DNA of 63,760 nucleotides, filler included, from Phoronis australis (lineage: Eukaryota; Animalia; Phoronida), in assembly GCA_002633005.1 (NCBI GenBank). It is 6 parts of 6 records of this genome, joined end to end, with 100 filler letters (N's around TTAATTAATTAA, not from the genome) between each part and the next. Parts side by side here need not be neighbours in the genome. Positions count along the whole stretch, not along the records: positions 4,502 to 31,219 come from NMRA01000336.1; 5 more parts are not named here. One strand, 5' to 3'. A program made the position numbers and the translations under genes. The notes under the pieces were generated by a model. That model saw only the letters and a list, made by a program, of their open reading frames with translations. It made no database searches and had not been told where the DNA came from. Shown in pieces: positions 13,105-26,143 of this stretch. How positions within the stretch are numbered: the stretch's first letter is position 1; each line of letters starts with the position of its first letter.

Positions 13105-14781
13105 AGGAGAATGACACCCGAATTAATTAGTCTTTTTGCCGTCTTAATCGGCCTATATCCACATCGCCTCTTATATAGTCGACCTCACCTTGCCGAGAGG
13201 TGTCGCGTTAACCTGTGAGGATGGTGAGAAACGACGCAGCGACATCAGTGGTTCGTCTGGAGAGTGAATGCCGTTATATTGCGGTGCATCGCTCCCGCTT
13301 CTCCGAACTATGAAGTTGCGAAAAAAGCAAGTACATCGTTTTTTTGACTTCCTTGAGAGACCGAAATGCTTAGGAAGTAGCTGGCAGTAGTGAAGAATGA
13401 AGGGTACGCTGTTCATAGCAAGTATGAGGCTGTGAAACATCTCCGTGTCTGTGGCCGGTATTTCGTCGACAGTGATTTCTCTGACGAATTCAGGCTTACC
13501 AAAGAACTATCCATATGTTCCGTTGCCTGTGCATGTTCACGGTGCCAGTCTCTAGTATTTCTTGATCAATGTATTCCGGTTTGAACTGATAGCCTGTGAA
13601 ACCTAACGATTCAACCCGTGAAGTCTTCGTCGGATGAGCTCTTGACTCAGTCGGTATTGGCGAGTTGCCATGTAGACGTTAATTATTCTGCGTTCTGTTT
13701 CAAAATGAATTATTCTCATCCTAACCAATGCTTATATGAAACTGAAACGAAGTCTGTCTCGTTAGATACAATTTGTAATGCCTTGGAGTGCTCGCGAGTG
13801 CGGATGTTTTGAGAAGCCAGCAATAAATAAACCACTGCCGTTACCGGCTTTTGATGCCGGCAAATTAACAAAGGTAATTGACCAGGCACCGAAGCCGTGT
13901 GAGCGCATGCTAATACAGTGTTTGCTGACAGAATGTTGTTTTGAAACAATTACTCGATTTTATATGCTATGGTCACATGTTCGGGGAATCTTTATTTAGA
14001 AATACTAAATATATTATTCTAATCATTGTTACTGTACAACCTTTGCCCTGACAGTCTGTGGAAGGGGAACCCGATTTCAGTTCGCGGCCCCCGACAAGTA
14101 AATAGATTTTCAGTTTCGTGGCTAATTCACATAAATAATTGTGTGCACATTATTTCTTTGGCTCACTTTTATAGTCTTTTCGTGACTGGAGGCATAGTTT
14201 CCAACTCAAGCTAGTTTATGTTCGTGCCAGTTCCCACTGGCCACGACAGGCCAGATCAAGTTCCGAGCCACTGGCCGGGATGAGCGTTTTGTGTGTTAAG
14301 ACCTCAAAAAATCACTAGTATAAACAACAAAGATCTAGTAAGTTCTTCTGTCTGTATTTCACGGAAGAATACTTATTCTTCGAATTTATCTTCGAACAGA
14401 CCCCAAACTCCTGTTATGGACCTTGATAAATTGGCCTGCTGAACTTTGTAGGCTACGGTGTGTCCAAATACCAGAAAATCTGTAAAAAGTGAAATAAAGC
14501 AACACGTTTTTATTAAAACTCGGTGTATTTTTAAAGGTTTTACATTGAAGTTTTGATGATTTATTGGTGTTAAACGATGAATTCAAGCGATAAGCTGACA
14601 ACACTAACCATGTTGTGAACTGCTGAACAGACTTCGTGTGAAACCAGTTACGTCATTGGATAATTTCAACACCTCCGTCTGCCGTCAGGTGTCAGGTAAC
14701 GCAACCGAACGTACCGTTATCGAGAAGAACTATTCGATCTAAATTGATACAAAATAGGTTGTTTTTGGGTGGCATTCTCCT
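13105..14781 (+). mobile_element. Non-autonomous Kolobok DNA transposon with decayed THAP domain
   Basis: TTAA TSD at 13101-13104 and 14782-14785; 15-bp TIR AGGAGAATGACACCC / GGGTGGCATTCTCCT (1 mismatch). THAP relic at 13268-13510 (..MLRK*LAVVKNEG..KHLRVCGRYFVDSDF) resembles the THAP at 32275-32535. Confidence 0.85.
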
Positions 14782-15287
14782 TTAAGTAGCGTCCCTAACA
14801 TTTTTAAGTTCCCGTCAGGAATTACTCCATATAAAGTTCATATCTGCGCTAGATCGTACTCTGCAACTCGAGAAAATGTTTGGACAAACACACATGTTGT
14901 TGTCGCGTGATGTTTATTTGAAGTTCGTCTCCGTGTGTGAGTGAACGAGCGCGTGGGTGTCATCAGAGTTCATTTGCCATAGTGAACGCGATGTAATGAT
15001 CGGGAGATTTGGGGGGGTGTAAGGGTGCGGAAGTTTTCACTATCAGTTTGTCATTTTGGCTTTAAAAACATCAATTACGATTAATTTAATAATTCCTCCT
15101 AAAAGTAACGCAAACGTTTTAACGAGAGAAACTTTCGGAAATACATGTAAGTGCCAATATTGATTTCTTGATGATGCTATGCTACCCCTTTCATGAATAG
15201 TTAGTTCCCGAAGACTAATATTTGATGACAGTTACTTGAATGTAGCGCGCGTTTCTTGGCCTCGTGCTTTTAACTAAGGTGAAGTTT

Positions 15288-17280
15288 TTATTATGCGCCC
15301 ACATATTTATATGTGGACGCATTATGCCGTCATCTCTGTCCGTCCGTCCGTCCGTCCGTCCGTCCGGGCGGCGTCCGTCCGGCGTCCGGCGTCCGCTGCT
15401 CTATCTCCAAAACCCTTTGACATACGTTCATGAAATTTGGCACATACGTTCCATTCATGAATGGGACGGCATGTGCGAACTTTCGGACGGATCTGACTAC
15501 CGGTGTGCCCCCTAGTGGCAATTTTAGTTTTTTACGCTTACCTTTGTATCTTCACAAGTCCTTATTGGATTTTCATGAAATTTGGTATGTAGGCACCTAG
15601 TAGTGAGATGACGCTATCCTCCCGTTTTCAGATGGATTCGACATAGTTTGCGCCACCTAGTGGCCATTTTTTTGTGTTTTCGAGTCTGTTTTTGTGCTTC
15701 CACCCCTCTATCAACCAAACCGCTCAAAGGATGATTGTGAAAATTGGCATGTATATGCTTACTATGTAGAGGACGGTTGACGATGATTTTCCGACGATTT
15801 CGACTACTGTGGCGCCTCCTAGTGGCAGTTTTGTTTTTTTGCGCCTATGGCTGTATCTCCTAAACCGTTCGCAGGATCTTTACGAAATTGTGTAAGTATA
15901 TTTATATGATGTTAACAACGGAAGATGACGACTTTTGGACGGATCCGACTACCGGTGTGCCCCCTAGTGGCAATTTTAATTTTTTTACGCTTACCTTTGT
16001 ATCTTCACAAGTCCTTATTGGATTTTCATGAAATTTGGTATGTAGGCACCTATTAGTGAGATGACGCTATCCTCCCGTTTTCAGATGGATTCGACATAGT
16101 TTGCGCCACCTAGTGGCCATTTTTAGTGTTTTCGAGTCTGTTTTTGTGCGTCCACCCCTCTATCAACCAAACCGCTCAAAGGATGATTGTGAAAATTGGC
16201 ATGTATATGCTTACTATGTAGAGGATGGTTGACGATGATTTTCCGACGATTTCGACTACTGTGGCGCCTCCTAGTGGCAGTTTTGTTTTTTTGCGCCTAT
16301 GGCTGTATCTCCTAAACCGTTCGCAGGATCTTTACAAATTGTGTAAGTATATTTATATGATGTTAACAACGGAAGATGACGACTTTTGGTCGGATCCGAC
16401 TACCGGTGTGCCCCCTAGTGGCAATTTTAGTTTTTTACGCTTACCTTTGTATCTTCAAAAGTATTGAACGGATTTTCATGAAATTTGGTATGTAGGCACC
16501 TATTAGTGAGATGACGCTATCCTACTGTTTTCAGATGGATTCGACGTAGTTTGCGCCACCTAGTGGCCATTTTTACTGTTTTCGAGTCTGTATTTTTGCG
16601 TCCACCCCTCTATCAACCAAACCGCTCAAAGGATGATTGTGAAAATTGGCGTGTATGTGCTTACTATAAGGAAGACAGCTGACAATGATTTTCAGACGAT
16701 TTGGACTACTGTGGCGCCTCCTAGTGGCAGTTTTGTTTTTTTGCGCCCATGGCTGTATCTCCCAAACCGTTTGCAGGATCTTTACTAAATTTAGCAAGTG
16801 TATTTATGTGATGTTGACAACGGACGATGACGACTTTAGGATGATTCTGATTACCGGTATGCCTCTAGTGGCAATTTTAGTATTTGCCTCTAGTGGCAAT
16901 TTTAGTATTTTACATTGACCTCTGTATTTTCATAGGTCTTCAGGTGTATACTTTGTGTTACTTCGTGACTGTGAAGGAAAAGTTCCAAGTAGAAATTTGT
17001 TTCTGGCATTCTAATGCTGTGCTAATCTCGTATGTTGGTAAATTTGTTTTTAATTCTATGTTTCTGTGGTGCTTTAAGCAACTGGTGTATAGGATGTGCT
17101 TGTATTATGAAGATTACTCACATTTTGCCCCTAGCCTATTGAGGAGACAATGACCATGCCTTTCCATTTTGCAAAGTATGCCCTCTACTGGCCACTTTAT
17201 GGTACCAATAAATAACCCTAGAAGGATACCGTATGCGGTGCAATTGTGGGCGCATTTCAACGCTCCGCGTTGCTCTTGTT
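15288..17280 (+). mobile_element. HINE copy 2 with 3 internal ~450-bp tandem units
   Basis: Same architecture as 6261-8646: ATGCGCCCACA (15293) / TGTGGGCGCAT near 17245, longer (GTCC)n tract, units at 15512, 15964, 16415 and 16865, and 3' hairpin CAACGC-tcc-GCGTTG-CTCTTGTT. Confidence 0.87.
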
Positions 17281-19520
17281 AGTCTTCGATTCTCAGTTTT
17301 CACATATACAGAAAATTTGGATTCCTGTTGACAGAGAAGATCTGTGCGGGAAAGATACTGTAATACCACAATCCCGTTGACAAGTACTCTCTGAAAGGCC
17401 AGACCATAATAGAGCACGCTTCTTGCAAGATCAGCAAAACTTTTGCATTCTTTTTAATGCACGGCGGAAGTTTGGAGTGTATATTCACAGCTAATACCGA
17501 GATAACGGCGAGGCTCGTGGTCTACAAATTTCGCACTCAATGATTTTTTTAGGACTGTCCGTTCTTATTGATAAATTGAAGACGTTCTTTACAATTTTAA
17601 CTGCTGGTAGGTTAGGCAGTTTTTGCAAGTACGGCGGCGTTCATGCACTGGGTGCTTATTTTAGCAGTCAGAAAATGCTAGGGGGGGCGCTTATAGGGGC
17701 ATGGAGGCTTATTAGGCCGAATTTGGTAGTTAATCTCTCCAACAGGCGAAGCTTGCATGCGCGCACTTCTGCACTGTTGCCACTTCTGCACTGTTGCCAT
17801 GTGAGAATTAGTAGCAATCCAAGTGGAGCGCTGCATGGTCACTTGTCGTCTACGCACTGCAGTCGGTTGTTAATGGGCAAGAAAATAGTTATTCAAGTCC
17901 ATAAAAGGCGAAATAAGTAACCATTTCTTGGCCCTGTTACACAAAAAGTAACAAATCAAGTTTTAGATATCTTCAGAATAAAATTTTCAGTTTTCTTGAG
18001 CTTTAACCAACCATTTTTGTCAACTGAATGGGACCGCATCACATGCGCATTAATTTACGGCTTCTCGTGTGTGCAATATTTTTATGAATCGGGAAGTTGT
18101 GCATCAAATTTCACCATTTGAACGCAAGCAGAGATGTTTTTGATCGACAATTTTAATGGTATACATGAAATTAAGAATAAAGGTCTAAGTCTGTGAGTAT
18201 GATAATCTCGTTTTCTGCAAGTACCGGTTTATCGTTCCAACAATCAAGTAATCCCCAGCTGGTGTGGTTGCTGACTCACAATAGCTCTATTGAAACTCAA
18301 GGTACCTAAACTAGGGCTAAACTTATACAACGAAAAAAACAGTTACCATCAGGAGTAATATAAGTTGTTATGTAGTGAGATCCAGAAACATTCGTATACG
18401 CTGCTAGTCGGCAGAGCCAGACTGCCTGGCCTACTTTGCGAACACTGATCTGCAGGGCAAGATGAAAACATTAATTAGCTACCCGCCCTGAACGAGTGAA
18501 ATTCCTTTGATAAAGAGAAAAAAAAATACTGTCATGCTCCTAACACTGCAACAATTTTTCTCATCGCCAACATTCAGCTCATTGACTAAAATTCACTACA
18601 CTCTTCCCACCAAGGTTTGCAGGGCGGAATTTTTATATTTAGACAACAGAGGTATATATTGTAAGTTTGTTTTTGTGAGATTTGAAAATATATTTGTCCA
18701 TGATAATTGATAAAGCCAATTTAGCTAGTAATTATTTTCCTGGCAAAGAGTCACGACGTCTACAGGTTGGGGAATTACCGGTATTTCGCCGGTTACTGCG
18801 TCCTGGCAGCAAAATCAAGCACAGATGTGGAGCTCACTGTTTTGAGATAAAAGTTGCTCTTGTTTGTCGAAACATCGCCCTATGTGGATTATTTTTTTCT
18901 ATTTTATGTTTTTAATGGCCAGTAAAGCCGGTGCCGATTTGCTGCATTACACACTGCGCTCACACATCTGGGTAGTCACCGTGACATGGCAATTACTTCA
19001 GGCTGGTACTTTGCATCAATTTCACAATATGGAGATAAAGATAAGACATTTTTTGATCAAGAAACTTTTTTCCCTCTAATTTATTACCTAAAGCAGAACT
19101 GTTGCTGAAATTTGACGTACCCTTGCGGTGAGTCAGGGCTGACCTCAGTAGCCGAGCGTTGGCTACGGAGACTTTGCGACGGTACTTCACAAACTTATGA
19201 TTATGCATTAAATACCATTCGTCATATGCAAAGAACAGGTAAAATTTACACAATAAATAATCAAGTTTGTATAAAATAACCAAAATGGGAATCAAAAACA
19301 ACCAAACAAAGTAACAATGGATTTACGCTCACGGTGACGGAAATAAACGGGAATAGACGATGATTTTCCGCTCCCGGCCTAGGTACAAAATTGTGCTAAA
19401 AAAGGCTTTTAGTTTTATAATGTAAAGAATGTGAACATTATGCCATGTTACATATTACTTAATTTAGTGTATATTTTTTATGTTTTTGAACTTAAGAATG
19501 CCCTTTGATATAAGAACTAT

Positions 19521-19938
19521 AGTCCCGTTTAGACATCAACTTTTGGCCCGCGCAACTGACACAGTGTCAAGCGTCCGTTTGCACACGCAACTCACTTAAC
19601 TGTGGCAAGACGGAAATTGTAGGCTGGAGAGTGTATGACACATGTGCAGGTTTACAAATGACGGGAGTTGAAGAGACAAAGAACCCTTATTGAGGTCATT
19701 ACACAAGCGCAGTAAGAGGTGACCCTTTCTGCCTTGCCCCAGTTTCGCGCTTAGACACATAATTGACACGGAGCAAGATGTTCCAGCGCAAATTGCTCTA
19801 CCTCACAAACAGGTGGCAAAAGTAGTCACCGCGGTGTCAATTTGCTCCAGAACAGTTCCATTTACACACATACTTGCGCTGGAACAACTCGTTCCATGTC
19901 AGCTGATTCGTGTCAACTTCTGTAGTGTGAATGGCACT
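19521..19938. mobile_element. Possible PIF/Harbinger-like MITE remnant
   Basis: Imperfect inverted ends AGTCCCGTTTAGACA ... TGTGAATGGCACT, with internal tttagacaca/tttacacaca repeats. Confidence 0.35.
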
Positions 19939-19945
19939 AATGTTG

Positions 19946-20085
19946 TTGTATATCAGAGTGTATACTAACTCTTTGTTATATAAGATGAAGATTGTTAATT
20001 CAGATAAATGTCCCTACTGTAATCTAGTGCAGAATATTGAACACAAGTGTTTTCTATTGTGATGTTGTGCAAAGACTGTTGATTA
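19946..20085 (+). pseudogene. L1/Tx1-type LINE ORF2 C-terminal zinc-knuckle fragment
   Basis: Translates as LYIRVYTNSLLYKMKIVNSDKCPYCNLVQNIEH, then after a frameshift FYCDVV, matching the CxxC..H..C zf-RVT pattern. Confidence 0.6.
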
Positions 20086-20104
20086 ATGTTCTAGATATTT
20101 TGAC

Positions 20105-21160
20105 ATTTTCCCTTAGTGTGAAGAGGAGGGTTGAGGATGATTTTCCTATGAGTTTGACTGCTGTGGCTCCTCATAATGGCAGTTTTTTTGTGCCCATAGC
20201 TGTATCTCCTAAACCCACTTTAGAATCTTAATTAAATTTAGCAAGAGTGTTTATATGAAGTTTACAATGTAGGATGATTACTTTCTGACGAATCCAACGA
20301 ACGTTGTGCCCTCTGGTGGCAATTTTTTCTGTTTACCTTTTTTTCTTTGGAGTTCCTAGACTGATTTTTATGCAGTGTGGTAAATAGGTTTTATTAAGGA
20401 AATAATGAGAAGTTCCCGTTTTCGAAAGGATTTGACAAATTTTGCACTACATAGTGGTAATTTCTTAATGTTTTCGATCCTGTTTTTTTGGTATGTGCCC
20501 CATTCATTCTCCAAACCACTGTAAGTATGATTATGAAATTTGACATACCTGTGCTCCTACTTAGAAAAGGATTGCTTACGATGGTCTTCATACCACTCCA
20601 AGTACACTGGTTCCTCCTAGTGGCAAGTTTTTTGTGTCAGAGGCTGTATCTCCTAAACCGTCTGCAGGACATTTGTTAATTTTTTTGTTTTCTTCGGAAT
20701 CTTTGGAGTTAAGCGATGAAATCTACCCGTTTTGACATGGATTTGACGTAGTGCATGCCTCCTAATCACTGCTTTTATTATATTTGAGTCTGTTTTTAAC
20801 AAGATCATTCTTAGGATAATTATGAAATTTGTAGTATTTGTTCTTACTTAGAAAAGGACAGATGATGATAATTTTTTTAATGACGCTGACTACTGTGGTG
20901 CCTCCAAGTGCATATTTTGCATCTGTGGCTATGGTTCTTACTGGCAATTTGCCTTTAAGTTTGTGTCTTTGGAGATTTTGGATGAATTTTCATGAAATTT
21001 GGCAAATAGCTTTGAGAGACAACAGCTTCCCATTTTTGTATGTTACAATATATTCTGTGCCATCTAATGGCCATTTTTAGGGTACTAAATACACCCCCTA
21101 GAAGCGCACTGTTTGCGGTGCAGTCATGAGCGCATTTCAACGCTCCACGTCGCGTCGTCT
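20105..21160 (+). mobile_element. Old, 5'-truncated diverged HINE copy
   Basis: Diverged core subunits (ctgtggctcctcataatggcag, gtgccctctggtggcaat, cctcctagtggcaag) and family 3' end gcggtgcagtcatgagcgcatttcaacgctccacgtcg. Confidence 0.7.
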
Positions 21161-21757
21161 ACTCGCGTTGGTGCTCAAAAAGCAGACATTTCATTACTGT
21201 GTGTTCTTGTACTGAGAAAATAGTGCTGACGAGCACGTTCACATTATTTAGGAAATGTAGGCTTAGACCTAATAAAAAACTTTGGTCAATGAAGTCGTCT
21301 TCTCGTTTAAACTATTGTCAATGGCACATGACTTTGTCGGCTTCATACAAGCTGCAAATTTGATGAAAGAGATTTGCAAGGTTTCGTCACTACTCAGAAG
21401 ATTCATTACTCCGAATGTTTACTAGTCCGAAACCAGGTTCCAACTGTGACAGTTTACTCATCAGAATGTCTGCTAATGAGGCAGAACTGACATGCATAAA
21501 GTGCTGTATTTGTGTCCATTTAGTAGTCATGTAAATGTTACGTGAATAGTTCTTAAAAAAGGATTCCCTGTGTGTAAATGAGCTCATTTCAAATCTCTAA
21601 CAATCGTGATTCTTGATTCTAAAACGACTCATACTCAAACAGGGACATCTGGACTACAGGGATGTTTTGTTTCAAGGTTGCAGGCAACTAACAAAAGGCT
21701 TTAAATTTGAGAACTCTTGATGTGACTCTCTGACTTGGTGAAGACTAGCAAGGATAG

Positions 21758-24700
21758 TGTAACGTCGTCAGTGTACGACGTATAAAAACCAAGGATTGGA
21801 TTTCAATCTCATGCGTTGACAGAGCATTTGGCTGGCATTGACTGCAATAAAGCAGACACAGTCCTCAGCTTCATCAGTTTGTTTGTTTGTTTTGAATATC
21901 TGCAGGATTCACCAGGCGCGATAATGAATCAGCAGTGTTTTGACCACCGGTGACGTGCTTTACTCGAAAGTTATATGGCTGCAATCATAGTACCCAACAC
22001 TCTGTCCTCGCACAGGGATTGGATCGGGGTCCATAAATGGTTTCTAATAGTTTGTGGTCAGTGATCAGATCAAACTCTTTGGCGAACAAATAAGCATGGA
22101 ATTTTTCGCACACTCATACCAGACTGAGTGCTTCCTTTTCGGTTTGACTGTATCGGTGTTCACAATCAGACAGTGCTCGACTAGCTTAGCAAATGGGAAC
22201 TTTGACGCCTCATTTCTGCATCAGGACAGCACCAAGTCTAACAGGACTAGCATTAGCAATAACCTGCGTCGGTGCATCGTTGTCGCTCGTCAGACTGTCT
22301 CTCTGGAGTGCAAATGACTTTTTCTGCTCAGGGCCAAATTTAAAAACAGTCCCCTTTTTTGTCAGTCGTCTTAATGGTTTGGAGATCGTGACAAAATCTC
22401 ATATAAACCAACTCAAGAAATTAGCAAGGCCAAGAAAAGATCTCACTCACGTTTTGTGGCTCCCTCGCATTCGGAATGGCTTCAGCTCGGGCTTCAGTGG
22501 CGCCAATGCCTTTTTCAGACAGTAGTATTCCCATAAATACCGACTTATTCATGCCAAACTGACATTTCTCATCGTTTAGGGTTAGTCCACAGTTCTCTGG
22601 TCGTTTCAGAACAAGTTGTAGGCGTCGGTTGTGCGATTCTACATGGGGACCATGTACAATTATATCATCTGAAATATTTTCGACTCCTTCAATTCCGGAT
22701 AATGCTTGGCTTATTTCGTACTGATACTGTACAGTTGCGGAGTTTACTCCAAATAGCAGGTATTTGTATCTAAACAAACCAACATGGACAGCAAACCTAG
22801 TTATATCACGGGATTCTGGAGACAATTCAATTTGATGATATCCCCAGTTCAAGTCTAGCATACTGAAAACTGTATATCCATTCATGTTTTGCAGGATCTC
22901 GTTTACAGTAGGGATGGGGTGTCGCTCCCTCAAACCTGCCTCATTTGCGCGCCTCTTGTCCAAACACAAATGAATCATCTTTTTTCTTAGGTATGACCAC
23001 TACCGGGTTTAACCATGGAGTGGGACCATCAACGGGCTCTATTATGTCCAACTTCAATAGTTCATTTATTTTCTCTTCGACTTTGTCCCTCAAATTGTAC
23101 GGTATTCGTTGTAACGGCTGTGCAACAGGTTCAACACTGGTGTTGATGAGGAGACGAATTTGTCTGTCTTTCAACAGGACGACTCCGGCAAATACTTTCA
23201 GATATTTCTGCTGTAGCGACTCCCGAGTTGACCTCACTCACCTGGTTTATGCCAATCTGTAGTACGCGTAATTCCGTTGCTGTCTTGCATCCAATTATAG
23301 GCATACCTTCTCCACGAATAACTAGAAATTCACATTGTGCTGAATTATTTCTGGCTGAAATATAACAGCAGAATTGTCTTATTATGTCCAAAGGTTTTTT
23401 CGACGCGTACGGATATACCGTTTTGCAGATTTAACTGGTTTGGTCAGCGGTTTTTATGCCGTTGTTCTTTAACATGTTCCAGGTTTTCTCGTCCATAATA
23501 TTGCTGACGGCTCCCGATTCGACTATAATTTCTTGGCTTACCCATCCGAGGTTCACCATGATTGTTGGCTGGGAGTCCATGCCAATACCAAATACGGTTT
23601 CCTATGCTTCACCCACAGAATTGACTTTAGGTTTTGTTACCTTTGTTTTACAAGTTGTCGCGAAATGGTTTTTGTCGCCGCATTTTTTGCATGTCTTCAA
23701 CAAATGCGGCGACACTGTGGATCACGACCAAAATGTCCAGCTTTTCCTCAGCGATAGCAGAGTTGGCGGTTGTCAGGTTTCCGTGACTTGTGACTTCTCC
23801 TGGGCTTCGTTTTAGTGCAGATTTGACTTATTTTTCCGTTATGTCCTTTGACGCTGAGCGAGGCCATTTGCGTCTCTACCTTCTTGCAGCTTTCGGCTAT
23901 TTCTAGAGTCCTCCTTGGGGAGAGCTTCTGTCCTTCTTCAAGCAATTTTCGTCTCAGGTAGTCCGATCGCGTTTTTGATAATATTTCATCGTGGATGTGG
24001 TTGTCCGTGTCCGCTCCATTCGCACACTCTTTCACCGCTCGTCGCAAACGTGTTGCGAATTGCAGTGTCGTTTCACCATCTTTTGGTGTTAATTGACGAA
24101 ACGAGTGTCGGTCGAAAGCAGTGTTCACTTGGGGAACGAAGTGTTTGTTCAGTCTCTAGACTTCCAAGTCAGGGCTCGACATAACGAGCTGCAGGTCGCA
24201 TTTGCGACCTGAAATTTGGAAATGCGAGCTGAGATTTTTGTCAGCTCGTATAAAGTCGCAAAATGCGACCTGGAATTTCCAACGAATGCGAGCTGAGTTT
24301 TTACACTTCTCAACAGATACCTGGCAAATACAAAGCAGCTCTTGTTAATCCGACCGTTATTTGGTTGTTGCCAAATACAAGTTCAAAAGAACACTAACCG
24401 AGAACAGGCCTCCCGATGACTTGTAAGCAAGTCGCGTGAACATGGGATATGCAGAATCGATCTTTGACGCGTTTCATTGGCTAACACTTTCGGCCACTTT
24501 TGTAAATTCCCGGATTCGCCGAAGAAAGTTTCGGGCCANNNNNNNNNNNNNNNNNNNNNNNNNNNNNNNNNNNNNNNNNNNNNNNNNNNNNNNNNNNNNN
24601 NNNNNNNNNNNNNNNNNNNNNNNNNNNNNNNNNNNNNNNNNNNNNNNNNNNNNNNNNNNNNNNNNNNNNNTAAAAAGGGTACAATGTAGGTGGTAACGAT

Positions 24701-26143
24701 ATCCAGAAAGTCACCCCTACCAGATGGAGTTTGCCTCGCAAAATCGTATTATTATAATGTTTCTTACCATTGCAGCGTTTTAATATCTTATTACCGCAAA
24801 CACTGAGGTTAACGACTATGCTCACGCACAAGCCTACTCCCTACCTTTAAAGTGTTTCATAATAAGCGCTCACTGATCTATTAAAAGTCCTCCCTTAAAT
24901 TTTGAGAATTTCCAATTAAGCGCCCACAGTTCAAGCTAGCGCCCATCATTGCGCACTACAAACGACCGCGTGTGGTTTAAAATTGACACGCAGTTTATAT
25001 GGTGTGTGTCACTTTCATTTTACACAACTTCAGTTTTCTAAAACGTCTTTTCACAACATGTAAAAACCAAATCCCGGCTTTGTTTTATACCTCGGAAAGA
25101 AAATTAACACTAGTGACATGCGTGTCGTTTTGCGACTGACCTATTTTTCCCGTACTTGGAAGGTATTGAAGAGCAAACTCGCGATTATCCGAGTTAGTTT
25201 GAATCGTTAACGACTTTGATGACGGCCAGTGAGAAGACCAGATCTAACAAAATCCCGGATACTTTTTCAACGGGCATTTTCTCCCTTTTCACATCGCAAA
25301 TTTAGCTACTCGAATGCACGAGTCAGTTAGAGAGCACTGATTCAACTTTCACGCCGGCAACTTGCCTTGCGCTCTAGAGACTTTCAATGGCGGTCGTGAA
25401 GAACAGTAAGGCCGTACCTGCATGAATGAAGTCAATTTTGAAATCCGAAATTTGTGAGTATTTAACGCTGCAGGTAAGAGCATAATCTAAACATTTTCCC
25501 GATGATCTAAAAAATCTGTTTTGGCGCGTAAAAATGGCGGGAAAATTTTGCGACCTGGCATTTACGAATGCGAGCTGGATTTTGAAAATGCGACCTGGGA
25601 TTTTGGCTAGGTCGCAAAATGCGACCTGGCGATTTTATTAGCGTCGAGCCCTGCAAGTCATAATCTTTGGCTGTGCCCGTGTCCGTCAGGGTCCAAAAAA
25701 TGTCCTGTACATCGGGACCAACGTAATGTAACAGCTGCGCTCGGCGCCTCTAGCAGTTCTTGTCAGAACCTGGCTCTATTATCAGGCCTTTACTGTCGGC
25801 AAACAGCTCGGATGATTTTAACCACCGCTCCCATCTTGGTCCTAAAGTGGCTAGATCAGAAAAATAGTCGAATTTTGGTATATGTGAACCATCTCCTCCT
25901 GCCATCTTCAAAAAGTTTCAGTGAAAATATATCCAATATCGCCAATGTAACGCCGGTGTATGACGTATAAAAACCAATTGAATGATATAAGAATTATATT
26001 ATTAAAGTATTCAGTATTAAAGCAAACAACATCCAAGTAACTAAGACACATGCAGGAAAACTATTTATACATGCTAAGGATATACTTATAGTAACAAGTG
26101 CTACCGCAACTATAAACATCTGGTAGAAATTCAGTACATGACA
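21758..26143 (-). mobile_element. Gypsy/Ty3 LTR retrotransposon (Mag-like), internally deleted and pseudogenised
   Basis: 5-bp TSD GATAG on both sides. 5' LTR at 25946-26143 (TG..CA) with PBS-like TGGCGAT; only ~33 bp of the 3' LTR remain at 21758. Gag starts at 25905 (MAGGDGSHIPKFD..LGPRWERWLKS..LLHYVGPDVQDIF), followed by a zinc knuckle, a protease-like VESGA motif, RT (LDLNWGYHQI, LFGVNSA, ISDDIIV; ORF 22421-22978) and RNase H relics. Integrase is absent. Confidence 0.92.
24170..25653. mobile_element. MITE/non-autonomous DNA transposon with CAGGGCTCGAC TIRs and 5-bp TSD, inserted in Gypsy gag
   Basis: CAAGT|CAGGGCTCGAC ... GTCGAGCCCTG|CAAGT, with subterminal tgcgacctg/tgcgagctg repeats at both ends. 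Removing it restores the gag frame (GTAKDYDLEV*RLNKHFVPQVNTAF). Spans a gap at 24539-24670. Confidence 0.85.

Larger units (their letters stand above)
12797..17726 (+). mobile_element. Tc1/mariner-type non-autonomous element (TA target) containing a nested Kolobok and HINE copy 2
   Basis: Termini CCATATTCGCCCAAATAAGCGCCC ... GGAGGCTTATTAGGCCGAATTTGG followed by TA. Internal sequence is collinear with the uninterrupted copy at 28935-30368. Confidence 0.7.
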
